This document shows, in pieces, positions 59,210 to 64,000 of a stretch of DNA of 64,000 nt; the first letter of the stretch is position 1; every line of letters begins with the position of its first letter. A program made the position numbers and the translations under genes. The notes under the pieces were generated by a model. That model saw only the letters and a program-made list of their open reading frames with translations, did not search any database and was not told the origin of the DNA. Origin of the DNA: a virus (Duplodnaviria; Caudoviricetes); the IMG/VR virus record IMGVR_UViG_2811995254_000001, positions 1 to 64,000 of that record, one strand, 5' to 3'.

Positions 59210-59960
59210 TCTGATTCTGATTTTTGTTGTTGCTATTTCTCTCCCAAGTGCGAACCGCAGCTTTCCAATCTTTCATTTTGGTTTTTCCAACCATCCAACC
59301 ATTGCTTTCGTAATGGTCAAAAAATCTTTGTGCATCGATTCCGTTGTTTCGTTCAAAACAGTATTCATGAATTTCTTCAACTGTCGGTTTTGAAAACCTT
59401 GTTTTTCGCGCAACTTTTTTTTGGAAAGATTCTTCGGCTTCTAATTCAACTGAATCGAATTCTTCAATTTTTTCATTTTGCCCTAAATATTCTTTTGTTT
59501 CTTTTTCTAAAAGAATATCATTAACACTATCACTTACACTAACACTTACATTATCACTAACACTTACAGCGACGTTTGCGAGTGTTTGCGAGGTTTTGTT
59601 ATCGCTATTGTCGCTAGGCGATGTTTTGCGATGGCTTGCTATTTTTTCAGCTTCGTCTATTGTAATTTGATTATCAGTGACTTGTCTGTGTAAATCAGGA
59701 TTATACCTTTTTAGATTTCCCATTCGTCCATTTAGTGACCTATCAGCTTTTGTTTTTTTATACTTATTCAAATCTCTTTTTAATTGATTTTTTATCGGCT
59801 CAAAAACAAGATCTAATATTTCGTTTTCAGGAGTGGGACTTTGGTCGTTTACATATCGTAATATGTGTTTGAATAGTTTTCCTGCAGTTTCATCACTGAG
59901 TTTCTCAATAGTGCTAATCATATCTTTATATAGAACAAAGGAGTTTTTATTCTCTGCCAC
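59088..59960 (-). CDS. Replication initiator (DUF6291-like N-terminus)
   Basis: NSFVLY...LSDETAGKLFK; FSKPTVEEI...FFDHYESNGW..GKTKMKDWKAAVRTW. Confidence 0.85.
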   Translation of the reverse strand: MAENKNSFVLYKDMISTIEKLSDETAGKLFKHILRYVNDQSPTPENEILDLVFEPIKNQLKRDLNKYKKTKADRSLNGRMGNLKRYNPDLHRQVTDNQITIDEAEKIASHRKTSPSDNSDNKTSQTLANVAVSVSDNVSVSVSDSVNDILLEKETKEYLGQNEKIEEFDSVELEAEESFQKKVARKTRFSKPTVEEIHEYCFERNNGIDAQRFFDHYESNGWMVGKTKMKDWKAAVRTWERNSNNKNQNQNGQQQERFVGRQSIDTIQHNANVGYEAAERVRKQMLNDTN

Positions 59961-60156
59961 TGTTATCTATTTTTAAAAGTTTACGTGTCCTTTCATCCAC
60001 TTGTACCCAAGTGTGACCTTCATTGAGCATTTTCTGTTCTCGTTCTTTATTCTTCTGAGAAAGTGTCTTTGCTTTATCTTTCAATTCAGCTTGTTCTTCC
60101 CAGATAGAAAGGGGCTCTTTTTCAAGAACCCGCTTCTTTTTGGTTTGCTTAGTCAT
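59947..60156 (-). CDS. Hypothetical protein
   Basis: ORF. Confidence 0.65.
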   Translation of the reverse strand: MTKQTKKKRVLEKEPLSIWEEQAELKDKAKTLSQKNKEREQKMLNEGHTWVQVDERTRKLLKIDNSGRE

Positions 60157-60158
60157 GG

Positions 60159-60848
60159 TTAATAATCTTCTCTATACCATTCAACACCTATAGAGTCGTC
60201 GTAATCTGTAATCTGAACTTGAGCAGAGTAAAGTCTAAATATCTTAGCTTCAATGCCTCTAAGACTAACCATTTTACTTGGCGTTACTTCTGATTGTTTG
60301 TTGTCAAAATATCTTTCTTTCATTTTGAATGAAAATATTTTACCTCTTTCTGTACTAAATATGAATCTTACTGCGCAATCTGATTCTTTTTGATTAGAAT
60401 CTATATCTGCATTTACTTCTATCCGTGAATGCTCTTCATTATAAACTACATGAAATGAAATTTCCCCACTATACTCATGACTATCTTCCATAGCTGCGAT
60501 TTTAAATAAATCTGCTATCTCGTCAAGTGTGATTGTTTTCTCATTCACAAATCCAATGATGTCTTGTGTCATATCTAGGATTGGTTGTAAGTTCACTTGC
60601 TGTAAGAGGTTTTCATTAATGGTTTTTGCAATCAAAGAATTGTAGTCTATTAAATCGAACTCTTGAAGATTTACATTGATAGATTCTTCAATTTTTTGTT
60701 TGATTTGCTTAGATACATCACCATAACTTCGAAATGTATCTTTTACAATATCTTGTACCATTTCTGATACGTATTTAGTTACCATTTCAGGTAATTTTTC
60801 TGCTACTACTGTTTTTACAGCTTCTTGTGTTACTTTATTAAAGTCCAT
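60159..60848 (-). CDS. Hypothetical phage protein
   Basis: ORF preceded by AACCCTATTA. Confidence 0.75.
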   Translation of the reverse strand: MDFNKVTQEAVKTVVAEKLPEMVTKYVSEMVQDIVKDTFRSYGDVSKQIKQKIEESINVNLQEFDLIDYNSLIAKTINENLLQQVNLQPILDMTQDIIGFVNEKTITLDEIADLFKIAAMEDSHEYSGEISFHVVYNEEHSRIEVNADIDSNQKESDCAVRFIFSTERGKIFSFKMKERYFDNKQSEVTPSKMVSLRGIEAKIFRLYSAQVQITDYDDSIGVEWYREDY

Positions 60849-60885
60849 TATATTGTTTTTTAATAGGGTTAAAAATTAGTTTTGA

Positions 60886-61320
60886 CTAAAAAGGGAGGTT
60901 ATCGTTATCGTCTTCCTCGTATTGTGATGTTGGAGGAAATTGATTACCTGGTGCAGGTTGGCTTTGTTGATTTTGTTTCCATTGTTGATGAGCATCTGCT
61001 GCCGAACCTTGGCCGTGGTAAGTGCCGTCTTGCATTTGTGGTTGGTTTACAGCTGCAGTAATTTTCCAAGCTTGAATCGTATTGAAGTATCTTACTTCGC
61101 CTTGTGGTGAAGTCCAACTTCGTCCTTTAAGATTTAAGTCTACCTTTACGTAAGTTCCGACTTGGAATCCGTCTAGTAAATTCACTCTATCTTGCGTCAC
61201 TTCGATTAGAATGTCTTGTGGGTATGTTTCGTCAGTAGTGATAACAAACTCTCGTTTTTTAAAAGAAGAGCTAATATCTTGAGTGCTTCCTATTAGTTTT
61301 ATACGTCCTTGTATGTCCAT
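60886..61320 (-). CDS. DUF3127-family SSB-like protein
   Basis: FKKREFVI...YPQ...LKGRSW...YFNTIQAWKI; acidic DDNDNLPF tail. Confidence 0.9.
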   Translation of the reverse strand: MDIQGRIKLIGSTQDISSSFKKREFVITTDETYPQDILIEVTQDRVNLLDGFQVGTYVKVDLNLKGRSWTSPQGEVRYFNTIQAWKITAAVNQPQMQDGTYHGQGSAADAHQQWKQNQQSQPAPGNQFPPTSQYEEDDNDNLPF

Positions 61321-61322
61321 GG

Positions 61323-61490
61323 TTAAATATTTGGTGGTGAGATTGTTTGCCCATTTTCGTTATAATGAACACACTTATACCATTCGTTTTTTAGTTTCTC
61401 ATACTCTTTTGATTTATGATCATTCCAACCATAAATACTAGCTTCTTTTTTAAGAGTTTCTATTTCTTTTTTAATCGTTTCTTTACTCAT
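61323..61490 (-). CDS. Small hypothetical protein (55 aa, not in ORF track)
   Basis: MSKETIKKEIETLKKEASIYGW...PPNI. Confidence 0.55.
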   Translation of the reverse strand: MSKETIKKEIETLKKEASIYGWNDHKSKEYEKLKNEWYKCVHYNENGQTISPPNI

Positions 61491-61646
61491 ATTATTTTGC
61501 CGATTCCTACAATCGGGAAGTTTTACTTATTATATTTACACTATACTTAACAATAAGTACTTTTAAGTATTATTTTAACTATAATTAAATTATTTATCTC
61601 AATAAAATCAGTAACTTTATTATCATAAAAACAGGTTTCAACAAAA

Positions 61647-61985
61647 GAAAGCAAGCACAGTCTGTTTTTCATAATACAATTTTCAATCTAAATTTTATTT
61701 TATTGCTACTAGGGCTGTGCTTTGCTTTCATATAAAACATGAAAGAGGGTATAGGGACTTTTCTGCATCAATAAAAACAAAATGTTTTTATAAAAGTGGG
61801 GACTTCATTGCAGATTTTTAAACATATACAACCTAGACCTCTTTCTACTATTTTAAAGGAAAGGAGTAGAAAATTTATTAAGTAGTCGATTGTGTATTAA
61901 ATTAATTAGGTGTAGATTCAGTCACAATGATTACAATCAATGGTAGTTTTAAATAACATTACAAAAATTAATTAATACTCCTTTC
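61647..61985 (+). ncRNA. Three tandem stem-loop units, each GAAAG...CTTTC
   Basis: Long-range stems at 61647-61729, 61741-61845 and 61859-61985. Confidence 0.5.
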
Positions 61986-62006
61986 TCTTTTTCATCTTCC
62001 ATCATC

Positions 62007-62402
62007 CTATAATTTTTCAATATCTACATCCCAAATACCTAGTTTGCCTTTTACATTTAGAATCGGTTTTTCATAAAAAACAGCATCTTTTAAAACCCAA
62101 TGCCAAATGCCTTGGCCTTTATCTGCCCAAATTGATTTGTGGTTTTGAACACAATCTACAATGGTAACTTCGCCGATAATTGCTGAATTTTTAAATTGAA
62201 ACTCGTCAATATTATCTGTGACTTCTTCTCTTTCTTTTGAAAGTCGATCGCTCTTATCTGGATGCATTGACGCATGTATGTAAACACGTCCTCTGAATCT
62301 AGTTCGCCAAGTTCTGTTCTCAATGTCCTTAACCCCTAGGCAGATTAACTCTGCCCAAGGTTGCTTAACGGATAGTGCTTTAGTTATTTCTTTGCCAGCC
62401 AT
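62007..62402 (-). CDS. ASCH domain protein
   Basis: ALSVKQPWA...GVKDIENRTW...RGRVYIHAS. Confidence 0.92.
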   Translation of the reverse strand: MAGKEITKALSVKQPWAELICLGVKDIENRTWRTRFRGRVYIHASMHPDKSDRLSKEREEVTDNIDEFQFKNSAIIGEVTIVDCVQNHKSIWADKGQGIWHWVLKDAVFYEKPILNVKGKLGIWDVDIEKL

Positions 62403-63360
62403 CTGCGATTTGTTTTAGGGTTTCACGTTCTTTATTTACAAGCCATTCACGAGCCATTGTAACTCGTCTAGTCATGTGTTTGATGTCTTCTTCTGTAAGG
62501 GTTACATTGAATGATTTAAGACGCATATGTGGAGGTATTGAAAAGTCTTGAATCGGGTTGTAGAAGTCGTAACCAGGATATTCTTTTTTAAACTTCGATA
62601 CGTCAAAAATCATGTTTCGCTCTAGTTGAGCAACTTTATAACGAAATTCTTCGTCTGTGTCGTCAGGTTGTCCCATTTGAAACCACATTCTTCTCTTTTC
62701 ATCTTCAATTAGATGAAGAGGAGCGTTAACTAAACAATACACAAGTTCAGATTCTGTTTTGGTTTCTAATTCAGGTAAGTCATAGCTATGAACAATCCAC
62801 ATATAACCTTTCAATTGCCATTCGTACAATGTTTTTAGTTCTGCGTTGTCAAATGATTCTAAGTCCCAATTGGTCTTAGTATCTTTAGTCTTCTTTTGAA
62901 GATTATCTGGGGTTCCTTGGATAAAATCATTACTTAGATGTTCATCGTTCTTTCGGTAGAAAAACTCATCGCGTTGAGATTTTAAATCGAGAGCATCCTC
63001 TTCACAGATTGTTCCCTTGCTTAGGTATTTGTTTTCAAGGAATCTTCTACGTTTCCAAAATAAATGGCGAAACACTTCTTCTAAGTGGGTAATTGCGCCT
63101 GTCGGAAGTTTATCTTTAGGCTCTATTCTTTTGACAATGTTTTGGAGTTGTTCTAATTCCTTTTCTTTAGTATCATCCCATTTATTAGGCCTATTTGTCT
63201 CAGGATTCTTTCCTGTTCTTTTAATATCAAGTAGTGTTTGTATTCTTACACTGTCTTCTTCTGTTGCTTCTCTTAAGGGTTCTGGAAGGTTTGTCAATAA
63301 CTTTCCAAGTGAAGAACATCTTTCTTTCCAATTGGTGAATATTAGGTTTTCTGTTTGCAT
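62380..63360 (-). CDS. YqaJ/lambda-exonuclease-like recombination nuclease
   Basis: RCSSLG, KGTICE, GTPD...DTK, YEWQLKGYM. Confidence 0.8.
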   Translation of the reverse strand: MQTENLIFTNWKERCSSLGKLLTNLPEPLREATEEDSVRIQTLLDIKRTGKNPETNRPNKWDDTKEKELEQLQNIVKRIEPKDKLPTGAITHLEEVFRHLFWKRRRFLENKYLSKGTICEEDALDLKSQRDEFFYRKNDEHLSNDFIQGTPDNLQKKTKDTKTNWDLESFDNAELKTLYEWQLKGYMWIVHSYDLPELETKTESELVYCLVNAPLHLIEDEKRRMWFQMGQPDDTDEEFRYKVAQLERNMIFDVSKFKKEYPGYDFYNPIQDFSIPPHMRLKSFNVTLTEEDIKHMTRRVTMAREWLVNKERETLKQIADGWQRNN

Positions 63361-63365
63361 GGTTG

Positions 63366-64000
63366 TTAATTAAAATGTTCTTGGATTTTTGACCAACCAA
63401 ATTGATTTTTAAGTAAATCAAGTGCTTTGGTTAATGGGTAGGTAGTCTCTGTAAGATTGTATTGCCTCATAAAACTTTCGCATCCCATTTTACAAGCTCC
63501 AGTTAGTAATCTGAATTCAGAAACAGAGATTGTTTGTTTTTCTTTAATCTCTTTGACAAGATCTTGCACCTCTAAGTTTTCTTGTAAGTATTTAAAGTTT
63601 ACATCTTCAATTGCTTGTTTTATAGTTTCTCCGTGGGCATAGTATTTATCCCTTTTCGCTACAAAACACTTTTCTTTTCTGTTGAATAACGATCCTTCAT
63701 AAATCGTGAATTCGTCTCGTTTCTTCTTTGAGCGTATAATCGTAGCGATACTATCAATCATTTGGATTTTATGATTTGCTTGTGTGATAATTACACTTTC
63801 TTCAAACGCCCAATCGCCGATGTGAGTAACTGAACTAGGAATCTCTACCGATGTAAGCTGATTGTTTTCAAACGCCCAATCGCCGATGTGAGTAACTGAA
63901 CTAGGAATCTCTACCGATGTAAGCTGATTGTGACGAAACGCCCAATCGCCGATGTGAGTAACTGAACTAGGAATCTCTACCGATGTAAGCTGATTGTGAC
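63366..64000 (-). CDS. BspA-type leucine-rich repeat protein, 5' end off-window
   Basis: Frame of 63366-63761 stays open to the edge: (NQLTSVEIPSSVTHIGDWAFxx)n-ESVIITQ... Confidence 0.88.
   Translation of the reverse strand, partial: HNQLTSVEIPSSVTHIGDWAFRHNQLTSVEIPSSVTHIGDWAFENNQLTSVEIPSSVTHIGDWAFEESVIITQANHKIQMIDSIATIIRSKKKRDEFTIYEGSLFNRKEKCFVAKRDKYYAHGETIKQAIEDVNFKYLQENLEVQDLVKEIKEKQTISVSEFRLLTGACKMGCESFMRQYNLTETTYPLTKALDLLKNQFGWSKIQEHFN
63804..64000. repeat. 66-bp coding tandem repeat (22-aa LRR units)
   Basis: AAACGCCCAATCGCCGATG at 63804, 63870 and 63936. Confidence 0.95.

Larger units (their letters stand above)
6315..64000. mobile_element. Temperate podovirus-like prophage of Bacteroidetes, continuing past the right edge
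   Basis: TerL, portal, MCP, tail, lysis, ejection and replication modules; att-like site at the left end. Confidence 0.9.

Noticed and set aside
59525-59570. CACTAACACTTACA short repeats
   Set aside because: Encode the VSVSDN linker usual in this initiator family; may be origin iterons but not novel.
63804-64000. 66-bp repeats as a CRISPR array
   Set aside because: No unique spacers, length is a multiple of 3, and they translate as in-frame LRRs.

Overview
AT-rich Flavobacteriales-type DNA (Bacteroidetes TAnnTTTG promoters, host-like nucleoid-associated protein) in two parts. (1) 1-~5860 is a ~2.45-kb-period tandem array (three units visible, probably continuing off the left edge) made of pieces of a phage related to the neighbouring prophage. 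Each unit has a GNAT-like phage gene, a unit-specific terminator, divergent secreted/lipoprotein cargo gene(s) and a conserved leader. Between units lie an AbiH-like 3' fragment and a deletion junction fusing two phage genes that are ~25 kb apart in the intact prophage. (2) ~6315 to beyond 64000 is an apparently intact temperate podovirus-like prophage with crAss/Cellulophaga-phage-like structural genes, bounded by a tRNA 3'-end att site. It encodes TerS/TerL, portal, scaffold, MCP, ring proteins, two GroES-like genes, lysis genes, tail fibres, muzzle, ejection proteins including a 2715-aa polyvalent protein, and replication/recombination genes. Unusual signals include an RNA cluster (two tRNAs, a tRNA-like RNA with a 59-nt insert in place of the anticodon loop, two multi-hairpin RNA candidates), three tandem GAAAG...CTTTC stem-loops, a recurrent hairpin(TTACCAC)/AACCCTATTA leader motif, an Acb2/Tad1-like anti-defence fusion, and a lipoprotein carrying a glycine-zipper bacteriocin-like segment. 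All family assignments are by eye; no searches were run.
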